DNA of 64,000 nt from positions 94,915 to 158,914 of the forward strand of contig CAZWJT010000004.1 in NCBI GenBank assembly GCA_964634935.1, written 5' to 3'. The notes below the pieces were generated by a model that worked only from the letters and a program-made list of their open reading frames with translations, ran no database searches and had not been told where the DNA came from. Below are positions 19,580 through 29,326 of this stretch, piece after piece. Within the stretch, counting starts at the first letter, position 1; each line of letters starts with the position of its first letter. Position numbers and translations under genes: made by a program. Source of the DNA: an uncultured Planctomycetia bacterium. GTDB lineage: Bacteria > Omnitrophota > Gorgyraeia > Duberdicusellales > Duberdicusellaceae.

Positions 19580-22500
19580 ATGACGCACTCTGATTTTGTA
19601 CATCTTCACGTACACACCCAATACAGCCTTCTCGATGGGGCATGCCGGATTGACCGGCTGATCGAAAAAGCCCGAGAATTCAAAGCTCCAGCCTTAGCAA
19701 TGACTGATCACGGTAACATCTTTGGAGCAATATATTTCTATGAAGAATGTATCAAGAATGGAATTAAGCCTATTATCGGGGTTGAAACTTACATTACCAC
19801 GCAAAGCCGATTTGATCGCAAAAGGGCAGAAGGGGATGATGAGGGAAATTTCCATATAGTGCTCCTGGCCCAAAATGAACACGGCTATAAAAACTTATTA
19901 AAGCTCATCAGCATGGCTTATCTAGAAGGGTTCTACTATAAACCCAGGATTGACATGGAGATACTTCAACAATATCATTCCCACCTCATTGGATTTTCGG
20001 CATGCCTCAAAGGACGCGTTGCCGCCTATATCCTCAAAGACAATATCAATGAAGCCTTTAAGGTCGCTGACGATTATAACTCGCTCTTTGGAAAAGGAAA
20101 TTTTTACCTTGAGATGATGGACACCGGCATACCCGAACAGAAAAAAGTGAACGAAGGATTGGCGAAAATATCTCAAGATCTTTCCATACCGATCGTCGCC
20201 ACCAACGATGTCCACTACCTGCGCAAAGAAGAAGCTTTTGCGCACGAAGTGCTCCTGTGCATTCAGACACAAACAACTCTTGATGATCCCCGACATATGA
20301 AGTTGAGTTCAGATGAGTTCTATTTTAAAAGCCCAGAAGAGATGAAAAAGATTTTCCATGCATATCCGCAGGCAATCCGAAACACCATAGAAATCGCTGA
20401 GCGATGTAACTTAAAACTCGATTTTTCCCACATCCACATCCCGAGTTTTCCCACTCCTCAAGGACTCACCGAATCAGATTATCTTGAGAAAATCTGCCGC
20501 GAGAATTTACCTCAAAAATATCCAAACGCATCGGAAGGAACAAAGGAGCGACTAGCCCATGAATTACGGGTGATTAAACACACTGGATTTTCCGGATATT
20601 TTCTCATCGTGAGTGATTTCGTTAATTTTGCACGAAATAATTCTATCCCGGTTGGCCCTGGCCGAGGTTCTGCCGCTGGCAGTATCGTGAGCTATCTTCT
20701 TGGTATTACTTCCATCGATCCACTTAAATATAATCTGATTTTCGAAAGATTCTTGAATCCAGAGCGCGTTAGCATGCCTGATATCGATATTGATTTCTGT
20801 TATGAAAAGCGTCCCAAAGTGTTTGAGTATGTAGCTGAACGATATGGACGCAATAATGTTTCGCAAATTATTACTTTCGGAACGATGCTTTCCCGAGCGG
20901 TGGTGCGGGATGTAGGAAGAGTCATGGGTATTAGCTATACTGAGGTTGATCATATCGCGAAACTTATCCCCCAAGACCCAGAAATGACATTAAAAAACGC
21001 GATCACAATCAACCCAGATTTAAAAACCGCTTATGAAACCGATCCTCGGATACAAAAACTTATTGATACAGCATTCTACCTTGAAGGTCTTTCCCGCCAC
21101 GCCTCAATCCATGCAGCAGGAGTGGTAATATCCGATAAACCTCTCTCTGAATACATACCGCTTTTTAAAACATCCGATGACCAAATCACCACCGGATACG
21201 ATATGAAATGCTTAGAGAAAATTGGTCTATTGAAAATGGATTTCTTGGGATTAAAAACACTTACGGTCCTTGACCAAACAGCAAAAATCATCAAGCGCAC
21301 CAGAAATATTGCTCTCGATCTGGCTGCGATACCATTACATGACCCGCCAACCTTTCGAATGCTTTGCCAAGGAAATACCCTGGGGGTGTTCCAGGTAGAA
21401 AGTGCCGGGATGCGTGAAATTCTTAAAAAATTACAACCGACTAAATTTGAAGATTTAATCGCAGTCTTGGCTCTCTATCGACCAGGACCGTTGGGGAGCG
21501 GAATGGTTGAAGACTTCATTCAAAGAAAACGAGGACAAAAACCTATCCATTACATTCACTCAGAACTAGAACCACTTTTGAATGATACGTATGGAATCAT
21601 CGTATTCCAAGAACAAGTTATGCAAATTGTATCCCGTCTCGGAGGATTCTCACTTGCCCAAGCAGACATTGTCCGTAGGGCAATGGGGAAAAAAGACCCT
21701 GAGGTTATGGAACAACAGCGCAAGGATTTTATTGCCGGATGCCGGAAGAACAAAATAAACGCTGAAATAGCTGAGAAAATATTTGGCTTGATAGAATTCT
21801 TCGCTGGCTATGGTTTCAATAAAAGCCATTCAGCTGCCTACGCAATGATTTCTTATCAAACAGCATTTCTCAAGGCAAACTTTCCTGTTGAATTTATGAC
21901 CGCTCTGCTTACCTCAGAAAAGGATAACACTGATAAACTTGTTGAATACATCAATGAGACCAAACGAATGAATATCGAAGTGTTGCCACCTGATATCAAT
22001 GAAAGTTTATCGGGATTTACCGTTACCCCGGATAATCAAATTCGGTTCGGATTACTGGCAGTGAAAAATGTTGGAACTACCGCCATCGATTCAATCATCT
22101 CTTCGCGTATCCGAGAGGGAAAGTTTACTGATTTTTTCAATTTTTGCGAACGGATTGACAATCGAACCGTTAACAAAAAAGTCATCGAAAGCCTTATTAA
22201 ATGCGGCGCAATGGACAACTTTGGACTGCGCTCCCAGCTGGCGGCCACCACAGAACAGGCCATTGACCAAGGAGTGAAAAAGCAGAAAGAAAAAAACTCG
22301 GGGCAAATTTCTATGTTTGATACATTTTCGGGAACCCTCTCTGTAACTTCTCCGGCAGTGCTCTCGGATATTCCCGAATGGCCTCTGCAACAAATCCTGA
22401 CCTTTGAGAAAGAACTCCTGGGTTTTTATATTACCAGCCATCCGCTGGCTGCATACCAGAAATTATTGCGTAAAGTAAACGTGCAAAAAATTAACGAAAC

Positions 22501-23020
22501 GGCAGCCCATTCCGCTTCCCAGAACGATATTATTCTCATCGGGTTGATTGATAAAATTAAACTCACGTCAACCCGGAAAACAAAGGAATTGATGGCAATT
22601 GTCCAGATCGAAGATGAAACGGGAAGTATCGAATGCTTTGTTTTTCCCAAAACCTATCTCTTGATCAAAGACATCCTCAAAAAAGGCTCGATTGTAATCG
22701 TGAAGGGTAAAATAGAGACAAAGGAACAAATCCCGAAAATGATCATATTTTCTTTACTGAGCATCGAAGATATCCACCAGTGGATAAAGAATATCCTGAT
22801 TAACATCCAAGAACAGAACCAAGAACTCGTGATTCGCTTAAAGGAAGTCCTGAAAAAATACCCGGGAAATGTCCAGGTGTTTTTTAATTTTGCACATCCA
22901 GATTTACGATTTGTGCGGGTAAAGGCGGCGAAAGAATTCTGGGTGCATCCAACATACGCATTAATCGATGAAATAACTCAGATTGTCGGGGATGAGAATT
23001 TCTCCTTGACATTGGGGTAA
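19580..23020 (+). CDS. dnaE: DNA polymerase III subunit alpha
   Basis: PHP domain FVHLHVHTQYSLLDGA, PDIDIDF, GLLKMDFLGL, FGYGFNKSH; start set at ATG 19580 (MTHSDFVHLHVHT), which matches the DnaE N-terminus better than the ORF-table start 19526. Confidence 0.95.
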   Translation: MTHSDFVHLHVHTQYSLLDGACRIDRLIEKAREFKAPALAMTDHGNIFGAIYFYEECIKNGIKPIIGVETYITTQSRFDRKRAEGDDEGNFHIVLLAQNEHGYKNLLKLISMAYLEGFYYKPRIDMEILQQYHSHLIGFSACLKGRVAAYILKDNINEAFKVADDYNSLFGKGNFYLEMMDTGIPEQKKVNEGLAKISQDLSIPIVATNDVHYLRKEEAFAHEVLLCIQTQTTLDDPRHMKLSSDEFYFKSPEEMKKIFHAYPQAIRNTIEIAERCNLKLDFSHIHIPSFPTPQGLTESDYLEKICRENLPQKYPNASEGTKERLAHELRVIKHTGFSGYFLIVSDFVNFARNNSIPVGPGRGSAAGSIVSYLLGITSIDPLKYNLIFERFLNPERVSMPDIDIDFCYEKRPKVFEYVAERYGRNNVSQIITFGTMLSRAVVRDVGRVMGISYTEVDHIAKLIPQDPEMTLKNAITINPDLKTAYETDPRIQKLIDTAFYLEGLSRHASIHAAGVVISDKPLSEYIPLFKTSDDQITTGYDMKCLEKIGLLKMDFLGLKTLTVLDQTAKIIKRTRNIALDLAAIPLHDPPTFRMLCQGNTLGVFQVESAGMREILKKLQPTKFEDLIAVLALYRPGPLGSGMVEDFIQRKRGQKPIHYIHSELEPLLNDTYGIIVFQEQVMQIVSRLGGFSLAQADIVRRAMGKKDPEVMEQQRKDFIAGCRKNKINAEIAEKIFGLIEFFAGYGFNKSHSAAYAMISYQTAFLKANFPVEFMTALLTSEKDNTDKLVEYINETKRMNIEVLPPDINESLSGFTVTPDNQIRFGLLAVKNVGTTAIDSIISSRIREGKFTDFFNFCERIDNRTVNKKVIESLIKCGAMDNFGLRSQLAATTEQAIDQGVKKQKEKNSGQISMFDTFSGTLSVTSPAVLSDIPEWPLQQILTFEKELLGFYITSHPLAAYQKLLRKVNVQKINETAAHSASQNDIILIGLIDKIKLTSTRKTKELMAIVQIEDETGSIECFVFPKTYLLIKDILKKGSIVIVKGKIETKEQIPKMIIFSLLSIEDIHQWIKNILINIQEQNQELVIRLKEVLKKYPGNVQVFFNFAHPDLRFVRVKAAKEFWVHPTYALIDEITQIVGDENFSLTLG

Positions 23021-23034
23021 GATGGTGTTATAAA
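23006..23034 (+). promoter_or_regulatory. candidate promoter TTGACA-17 nt-TATAAA for hup, overlapping the last codons of dnaE
   Basis: -35 at 23006-23011, -10 at 23029-23034; followed by a 7-bp hairpin (23036-23066) and AAGGAGG RBS before ATG 23087. Confidence 0.45.
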
Positions 23035-23086
23035 ACTGTAACCAGTTATCTTACAATGAGTTACAGTTATTAATAAGGAGGTTCTA

Positions 23087-23359
23087 ATGACGAAAAAAGA
23101 TATCGTGATGAAAATCGTTGAAGAAACTGGAATCAAGCAAGTCATTGTAAAAAAGATAACCCATAAAGTTTTTACAACAATCCTTGAATTTCTGCGCTCG
23201 GGAAACACCCTAGAAATCAGAAATTTTGGTGTCTTTAAAATAAAGGTGCGCAGGCGGAGGATGGGAAGAAACCCAAAAACAAATCAGCCTGTTCCCGTCC
23301 CAGAACGGCGTATTGTTGTTTTTAAACCTGGACGAGAGATGAAAAAAATATCTAGATAA
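23087..23359 (+). CDS. hup: DNA-binding protein HU/IHF family
   Basis: 90 aa; GNTLEIRNFGVFKIKVRRRRMGRNPKTNQPVPVPERRIVVFKPG is the HU arm region. Confidence 0.9.
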   Translation: MTKKDIVMKIVEETGIKQVIVKKITHKVFTTILEFLRSGNTLEIRNFGVFKIKVRRRRMGRNPKTNQPVPVPERRIVVFKPGREMKKISR

Positions 23360-23364
23360 TTGCA

Positions 23365-24627
23365 ATGTCAATCATACATCCACCCCGCGGTACAAATGAT
23401 TTTCTTGAACTAGAAGCCTTGCAGCTTGAGAAGATTGAATTCGAAGCAAAGCGTATTTTTAATCTCTATAATTACCATCAGATACGTCTGCCGCTTATTG
23501 AAGATGCCTCTGTTTTTACGCGTACGCTTGGCGACGAAACAGAAATCATTGAAAAACAAATGTTCAAGCTCTTTCCTCTAGAAAAAAACCTTTGTTTGCG
23601 ACCAGAAGGCACAGCTCAAGTAGCGCGCAGCTATCTCAGTAATAAACTCTATGCGCAGAATGAAACCTTTAAATGTTTCTATATCGGGGCGATGTTTCGC
23701 GGAGAACGCCCACAAAAAGGACGATTCCGTCAATTTCACCACCTCGGAGCAGAATGTATTGGGCCGAAAAATCCCTGGGTTGACACTGAACTTATCGTAA
23801 TGGCAAAAAATATCGTAGAGGCTGTGGGTATACAGAACTTTAGAATTGAAGTAAATTCACTTGGCTGCAGTACCGACAAAAAGAAACTTTCCCAATCATT
23901 GCGCGAAGAACTCACCGAACATAAACACCGCCTCTGCGAACACTGCCAGACACGACTGGAAGGGAACGTACTCAGGATTCTCGACTGCAAAAACACTGAA
24001 TGTCAGGCAATGATTGCATCAGTTGCTGCGCCAACCGGCCATCGCTGCGATCAATGCAATCGGTTTTTTGAGCAACTTTGCAAAAATCTCACAACTGCTT
24101 CAATCCCTTATGTAGTTGTACCAACCCTGGTACGCGGACTTGACTATTATACCCAAACCGTCTTTGAAATCACATCGAACGCCTTAGGTGCGCAGAATGC
24201 AATCGGAGCCGGAGGAAGATATGATCAGCTCATCGAGCACTTAGGCGGAGCTCCAACGGCAGCGGCCGGATTTGCACTGGGAGAAGAACGCCTGCTCCTT
24301 ACCTTGGACAACAATCAAAATAAAAAAACGCTCAGCGTTTTTATTGCAATTACAAATGAATCTTTGTATAATACTGCCTTTACGATCTGCCAGATTTTGC
24401 GCGGCAAAAACATCTCGTGTGATTTTGACTTTAGCGGAAAATCCCTGAAAGGGCAACTGAAATATTCGCAAAAGCTCAATGCCCGTTTTGTAGTTATCGT
24501 CGGTGAAGAAGAAGTAAAACGGAATGCAGTTATTTTAAGAGACATGCTCTCATCCCATCAGGAAGAAATTACCCTGAACGCTTTAACCGAAAGGATACAG
24601 AATGCTGCGAACACATACGTGCGGTGA
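23365..24627 (+). CDS. hisS: histidine--tRNA ligase
   Basis: PRGTNDFL, FRGERPQKGRFRQFHH (motif 2), GGRYD and GFALG class II motifs. Confidence 0.9.
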   Translation: MSIIHPPRGTNDFLELEALQLEKIEFEAKRIFNLYNYHQIRLPLIEDASVFTRTLGDETEIIEKQMFKLFPLEKNLCLRPEGTAQVARSYLSNKLYAQNETFKCFYIGAMFRGERPQKGRFRQFHHLGAECIGPKNPWVDTELIVMAKNIVEAVGIQNFRIEVNSLGCSTDKKKLSQSLREELTEHKHRLCEHCQTRLEGNVLRILDCKNTECQAMIASVAAPTGHRCDQCNRFFEQLCKNLTTASIPYVVVPTLVRGLDYYTQTVFEITSNALGAQNAIGAGGRYDQLIEHLGGAPTAAAGFALGEERLLLTLDNNQNKKTLSVFIAITNESLYNTAFTICQILRGKNISCDFDFSGKSLKGQLKYSQKLNARFVVIVGEEEVKRNAVILRDMLSSHQEEITLNALTERIQNAANTYVR

Positions 24628-25981
24628 ACTGACTAAAGAAAATATTGGTCAAAAAGTAACACTCTGCGGATGGATCGACTCACGTCGTGATCATGGAAAA
24701 ATAATTTTTATTGACATTCGTGATCGTTATGGAAAAACCCAAGCTGTCTTCGTAAAAAGCGTTGCCCGAGAAAGCTATGCCACTGCTCAAGCGTTAAAAA
24801 GCGAAGATGTTGTCTGCATTACCGGAGTGATTAATCTTCGCCCTAAAGGCTCGGAGAATGAAAAAATCACAACAGGCAACATTGAACTTTTAGTCGAACA
24901 ACTCGAAATACTTAATAGCTCACAGGAGCTGCCTTTTCTCATCGATGATTCGATCGACACATCAGAAGAAATTCGCCTCGGTTTCCGCTTCCTTGATTTA
25001 CGTCGACCCAAAATGCTCTCGCATATCGTACTGCGTCATCAAGCAATTAAAGCAATTCGAGATTATCTTTCTCAACAGAACTTTCTTGAGGTTGAAACTC
25101 CGCTTCTGACAAAATCAACCCCTGAGGGGGCGCGCGATTTCTTAGTGCCTTCACGACTGAATCCGGGAGAATTCTACGCACTCCCTCAATCGCCTCAACT
25201 CTTTAAACAAATTCTTATGGTTTCAGGAATTGATCGGTATTTCCAGATCGCTAAATGTTTCCGTGATGAAGATCTCCGTAAGGACCGACAACCCGAATTC
25301 ACTCAAATCGATATCGAAATGTCTTTTCCGACCCAAGAAGACATTTTCCATCTTACGGAAGAAATGTTTGCTTTTCTTTTCCAGAAAATTCTTTCCGTGA
25401 AACTTCAAACTCCCTTCTTACGCATGACCTACCGAGAAGCGCTGGAAAAGTTCAAAACCGATAAACCGAACCTCCCTGGTTCGGACCCCTGGCGTTTCCT
25501 CTGGATCGTCGATTTCCCTCTCTTTCAATACAGCCAGGAAGAAAAACGCTGGGTATCAGAACATCATCCTTTCACAGCTCCCCATCCAGACGATATCGCA
25601 CACTTAGAAAGCCAAGATTTCGCTCAAATCCGCTCACAGTCGTATGACCTGGTCCTCAACGGAGTTGAGCTCGGAAGCGGGTCAATACGAATACATGCTC
25701 CAGACCTCCAAAAAAAGATTTTTTCGATACTTGGCATCAGTTCAGACGATGCGGAGCGAAAATTCGGGTTTCTCTTAAATGCATTCCGCTTCGGCGCGCC
25801 TCCTCATGGAGGAATTGCTTTTGGAATAGATCGCCTCTTAGCAATTTTAACAAATTCTGAATCAATTCGAGATGTTATCGCATTTCCCAAAACCCAGAAA
25901 GGAATTTGTCCACTCTCCCAGGCTCCCTCGCCGGCAAACCCAGAACAATTAAAAGAACTTTCAATAAAAACAACTCTATGA
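24602..25981 (+). CDS. aspS: aspartate--tRNA ligase, short form without the GAD insertion domain
   Basis: N-terminal OB fold LRTHTCGEL...VTLCGWIDSRRDHGKIIFIDIRD, FRDEDLRKDRQPEFTQIDIEMSF motif 2, GGIAFGIDRL motif 3; 459 aa vs about 590 for GAD-containing bacterial AspRS. Confidence 0.9.
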   Translation: MLRTHTCGELTKENIGQKVTLCGWIDSRRDHGKIIFIDIRDRYGKTQAVFVKSVARESYATAQALKSEDVVCITGVINLRPKGSENEKITTGNIELLVEQLEILNSSQELPFLIDDSIDTSEEIRLGFRFLDLRRPKMLSHIVLRHQAIKAIRDYLSQQNFLEVETPLLTKSTPEGARDFLVPSRLNPGEFYALPQSPQLFKQILMVSGIDRYFQIAKCFRDEDLRKDRQPEFTQIDIEMSFPTQEDIFHLTEEMFAFLFQKILSVKLQTPFLRMTYREALEKFKTDKPNLPGSDPWRFLWIVDFPLFQYSQEEKRWVSEHHPFTAPHPDDIAHLESQDFAQIRSQSYDLVLNGVELGSGSIRIHAPDLQKKIFSILGISSDDAERKFGFLLNAFRFGAPPHGGIAFGIDRLLAILTNSESIRDVIAFPKTQKGICPLSQAPSPANPEQLKELSIKTTL

Positions 25982-26196
25982 ATAAAACCATATGCCCCTC
26001 GCAGAACGCAAACCTAAATTTTTGTACCTGCACATATGAACCCTGCGAGCGAAAAGGAAAATGTTGCGCCTGTCTTCAATATCACCGGCTACGGAATGAA
26101 ATCCCTGGGTGTTTTTTCAGTGTTCACGATGAAAAAACATACGACCGCTCATTAGCGTACTACCTTGTGACCAAGCAAAAGAAAACGCATGGATGA
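25978..26196 (+). CDS. small cysteine-rich protein (CxC...C...CC.C), DUF6485-like
   Basis: 72 aa, MNKTICPSQNANLNFCTCTYEPCERKGKCCACLQYHRLRNEIPGCFF; ATGA start/stop overlap with aspS. Confidence 0.5.
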   Translation: MNKTICPSQNANLNFCTCTYEPCERKGKCCACLQYHRLRNEIPGCFFSVHDEKTYDRSLAYYLVTKQKKTHG

Positions 26197-27100
26197 ACTT
26201 GCGATCATTGGAGGAGGAATCGGAGGTATCACTGCCGCAATCTATGCCAAACGGGCGGGAATACAACCAGTTATCTTTGAGAAAGGACTCTGCGCAGGAC
26301 AACTGAATTATATTGAAAAGATTGAAAACTTTCCAGGAATCGCCCAGGGTATCTCAGGAAATGAGCTAGCGCAAATGCTCATCCAACAGCTTACCAATTT
26401 AGATATTCACCCGTACCCTGAAGAAATTCTCTCTCTTTCCAAAGAAAAAGACGTTTTCGCTTTACACACGCTGACCTCTACCTATCGCGCGAAATCAATA
26501 ATTCTTGCCCTAGGCGCATCCCCAAAACACTTAGACAATGTTGATGAAAAAAAGTTTATCGGAAAAGGAATTTCATACTGCGCTATCTGTGATGGATTTT
26601 TCTTCAAAAATAAAATAGTGGCAGTGGTAGGAGGAGGGAACTCCGCCTGTGAAGATGCCCTCTATCTTGCAAATATCGCAAAAAAAGTTTATTTAATCCA
26701 CCGCCGTGATAATTTCAGAGCGTTTGATTATCTTACTCAAGCAGTAACAACAAAATCTAACATAGAGATTCTTTGGAATAAAACGGTAGCGCAGCTGAAC
26801 GGATCGGGAATGCTCGAAAGTATTTCTTTAAATGATACGCAAACCTCGGTTCAAAAAATCCTCAACGTCGATGGACTTTTTGTTGCCATAGGATATACCC
26901 CAAATACAGCGCTTGTTGGAAAAAATATTGAATTGGACCAACAGGGTTTTATTATTACTGATGCCGACATGAATACGTCTTGTGAAGGAATTTTTGCGTG
27001 CGGAGATTGCATCCAGAAAAAAGTACGCCAACTGATTACCGCTGCTTCTGAGGGGGCAATCGCAGCAATTGCTGCACATGCATACCTGCGACACGGTTAA
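26189..27100 (+). CDS. trxB: thioredoxin-disulfide reductase
   Basis: IIGGGIGGITAA FAD motif, redox-active CAICDG, second GGGNSA NADPH motif. Confidence 0.85.
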   Translation: MDELAIIGGGIGGITAAIYAKRAGIQPVIFEKGLCAGQLNYIEKIENFPGIAQGISGNELAQMLIQQLTNLDIHPYPEEILSLSKEKDVFALHTLTSTYRAKSIILALGASPKHLDNVDEKKFIGKGISYCAICDGFFFKNKIVAVVGGGNSACEDALYLANIAKKVYLIHRRDNFRAFDYLTQAVTTKSNIEILWNKTVAQLNGSGMLESISLNDTQTSVQKILNVDGLFVAIGYTPNTALVGKNIELDQQGFIITDADMNTSCEGIFACGDCIQKKVRQLITAASEGAIAAIAAHAYLRHG

Positions 27101-27105
27101 AAATC

Positions 27106-28092
27106 GTGAAAAAAAATATATCAGTCATTATCCGCATTCTCGTCAGTATCGGCATAATCTTTGCGCTCTTTAAATTTGTTCCCTACCAAGAGCTCGTTAT
27201 TCACCTTAAAAATGTGAATTACGGTTACCTAACGGCTGCATTCTGGGTCCTTGCTGGCGGCTATTTACTCTGCATTTTCCGCTGGCAACTCATCCTAAAG
27301 CACATCGGCTTAATTTTTAACTTCAAGCAGCTTTTTATTGCTTCATTATGTGGATTATTTTTTAACTTATTCTTTCCGTCAATTCTCGCCAGCGACGTCT
27401 TCCGAGCAATGACGCTCAAATGCTACGATGATGTTTCATATAAAAAAGTTGCTGCTTCAATCATCGTTGACCGGTTGAGCGGTTTTCTTGCTTTCGCTTG
27501 TACGGCTGTCGTTGCTTTCCTCATTGCAGATCACTTCATGGATACACAAAATCTTTCTGCGCCCATCGTCATCTTAGCCAGCATTCTCCTGTGTGCCGTA
27601 TTCTTTGTTTTCAGCAAACACGCTCTTAAAGTCATCCTTTTTTTTACAAAGAGAAATTCTCGCCTCTGTGAAAAAATAATTGCGATGCATTCAACCCTAT
27701 ACCTTTTCCGCGAAAAACCGGCTGTGTCTTTTATCGCACTCGGGTTATCAACTATGATCCAAGGCACGCTTGTTCTTTCGTTCTACTATACTGCCTGGGC
27801 TTTCCACGCCCAACCTTCCCTCTTGGCTTTCTTTATCGTAGTGCCGATTATTAATGCGCTCGCCTTACTTCCTATAACTATTGCTGGACTTGGAACTCGG
27901 GAAGGAGCAAGTATCTATTTCTTTTCGCAGCTTGGCATCAGTAAATCAATGGCTTTGGGAATTTCCCTGGTAAACTTCACTATCACAACTATTTTCTCGC
28001 TGATCGGGGGTATTTTTTATGTCTTGGTATATAATCGATGGGTACAATCTCATAAAAAGCAGCCAAAATCTGAAGACACTGCCACCCTCTGA
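27106..28092 (+). CDS. UPF0104 / lysylphosphatidylglycerol-synthase-TM-region (flippase-like) membrane protein
   Basis: About 8 TM segments and GLGTREGA motif characteristic of UPF0104/MprF-like domain. Confidence 0.6.
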   Translation: MKKNISVIIRILVSIGIIFALFKFVPYQELVIHLKNVNYGYLTAAFWVLAGGYLLCIFRWQLILKHIGLIFNFKQLFIASLCGLFFNLFFPSILASDVFRAMTLKCYDDVSYKKVAASIIVDRLSGFLAFACTAVVAFLIADHFMDTQNLSAPIVILASILLCAVFFVFSKHALKVILFFTKRNSRLCEKIIAMHSTLYLFREKPAVSFIALGLSTMIQGTLVLSFYYTAWAFHAQPSLLAFFIVVPIINALALLPITIAGLGTREGASIYFFSQLGISKSMALGISLVNFTITTIFSLIGGIFYVLVYNRWVQSHKKQPKSEDTATL

Positions 28093-28495
28093 AGCAAAAC
28101 AACGACTCCGCGTTATCGCACATAAGGCGCTGAGCTGTACCCAAAAAATAAAAAAGATTACCGTTGTTTTTGACGGTTACCCGGATGTTCCATGGTCTCT
28201 CCCAGTCCGCGAATCAATGTATGAGGAAATATTTTCTGCCGAAGAAAGCGCTGATGACCGAATAAAAAGAATCATTCGCACAACAAAAACTTCCAGAAAA
28301 ATCGTTGTTGTCACCTACGATCAAGAAATTGCTGAGTTTGCGAGATTGCATAACGCAGGAAACGAAAAACCTCTGAATTTTGTGGCAAAAATCTCCCAAA
28401 AGCCAAAAAATCCAGACGAAAAAGTAAAACCAGAAAAAATTATTGCCATAAATACTGAATTGCTCGAGCGCTGGCATACTAAATATAAACGTTAA
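28019..28495 (+). CDS. NYN-domain (YacP/Rae1-like) protein
   Basis: MSWYIIDGYNLI opening resembles the YacP NYN domain (LLVDGYNMI); 74-nt overlap with the upstream ORF. Confidence 0.55.
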   Translation: MSWYIIDGYNLIKSSQNLKTLPPSEAKQRLRVIAHKALSCTQKIKKITVVFDGYPDVPWSLPVRESMYEEIFSAEESADDRIKRIIRTTKTSRKIVVVTYDQEIAEFARLHNAGNEKPLNFVAKISQKPKNPDEKVKPEKIIAINTELLERWHTKYKR

Positions 28496-28521
28496 GAAAA
28501 CCAAGATGGTACCGAGCGACA

Positions 28522-29325
28522 ATGGCATATGAAAGGTCACGAGTTGGGTCTGCAAGAAATTTAGAGCGACTCGGGACAATTAAATTCCTGGGAACGGCTG
28601 GCGCACGCTTTGTGACAACCCGCCAGTTGCGCGCCTCCGGAGGTATATTGATCTCCTATTTAAAAACCAGACTCTTAATTGATCCTGGACCAGGAAGCCT
28701 TGTGCACATGCTTCACGCACAGCCAAAACTCAATCCAGCAAATTTAACCGCACTCATCCTTACCCATAAACACATCGATCACTCTTCTGACATTAATATC
28801 ATGATTGAAGCGATGACCGAAGGGGGAAGAAACAACCGAGGCATCCTTTGCGCCCCCGCAGATGCGTTTGGAGCTTCTGGTGTTATTTTTTCTTATTTGG
28901 AAAAATTCCCCGAGAAAATCATCCGTTTAAAAACAGGAAAAATGGTTCGCTTGGGGGATATTTCGATGGAGGTAATTTCAAGGTTAAAACATCCCGTAGA
29001 AACGTACGGGCTACGGTTTATGTGCGGGAAAAAAACAATAGCGCTCATTTCAGATACTGACTTTCACCCAAAATTGCTCTCAGCGTACCGAGCGGATATT
29101 GTGCTCATGAACGTTGTGTTCAAAGAAAAAAAACAAGGTATTGCGCACCTGTGCATGGACGATGCAAAAAGAATTATCCGAGCACTTAAGCCAAAAAAAG
29201 CCTTCCTCACACACTTTGGACTTTCGATGATCAAAGAAAATCCCTATCGCCTGGGCAAACAGCTCAGCCGGGAATTAAATGTACCTGTATACTGCGCCTA
29301 TGACCAGATGAATATTTACTATTAA
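28522..29325 (+). CDS. MBL-fold metallo-hydrolase
   Basis: THKHIDHSSD = HxHxDH zinc motif, later D and H ligands. Confidence 0.65.
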   Translation: MAYERSRVGSARNLERLGTIKFLGTAGARFVTTRQLRASGGILISYLKTRLLIDPGPGSLVHMLHAQPKLNPANLTALILTHKHIDHSSDINIMIEAMTEGGRNNRGILCAPADAFGASGVIFSYLEKFPEKIIRLKTGKMVRLGDISMEVISRLKHPVETYGLRFMCGKKTIALISDTDFHPKLLSAYRADIVLMNVVFKEKKQGIAHLCMDDAKRIIRALKPKKAFLTHFGLSMIKENPYRLGKQLSRELNVPVYCAYDQMNIYY

Positions 29326-29326
29326 T

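Noticed and set aside
28019-28092. 74-nt overlap between the UPF0104 membrane gene and the NYN-domain gene as a possible frameshifted fusion
   Set aside because: The NYN ORF begins with the family-typical M..IIDGYNLI motif, so an independent start is more plausible. The overlap likely reflects a slightly long C-terminal call of the upstream ORF.
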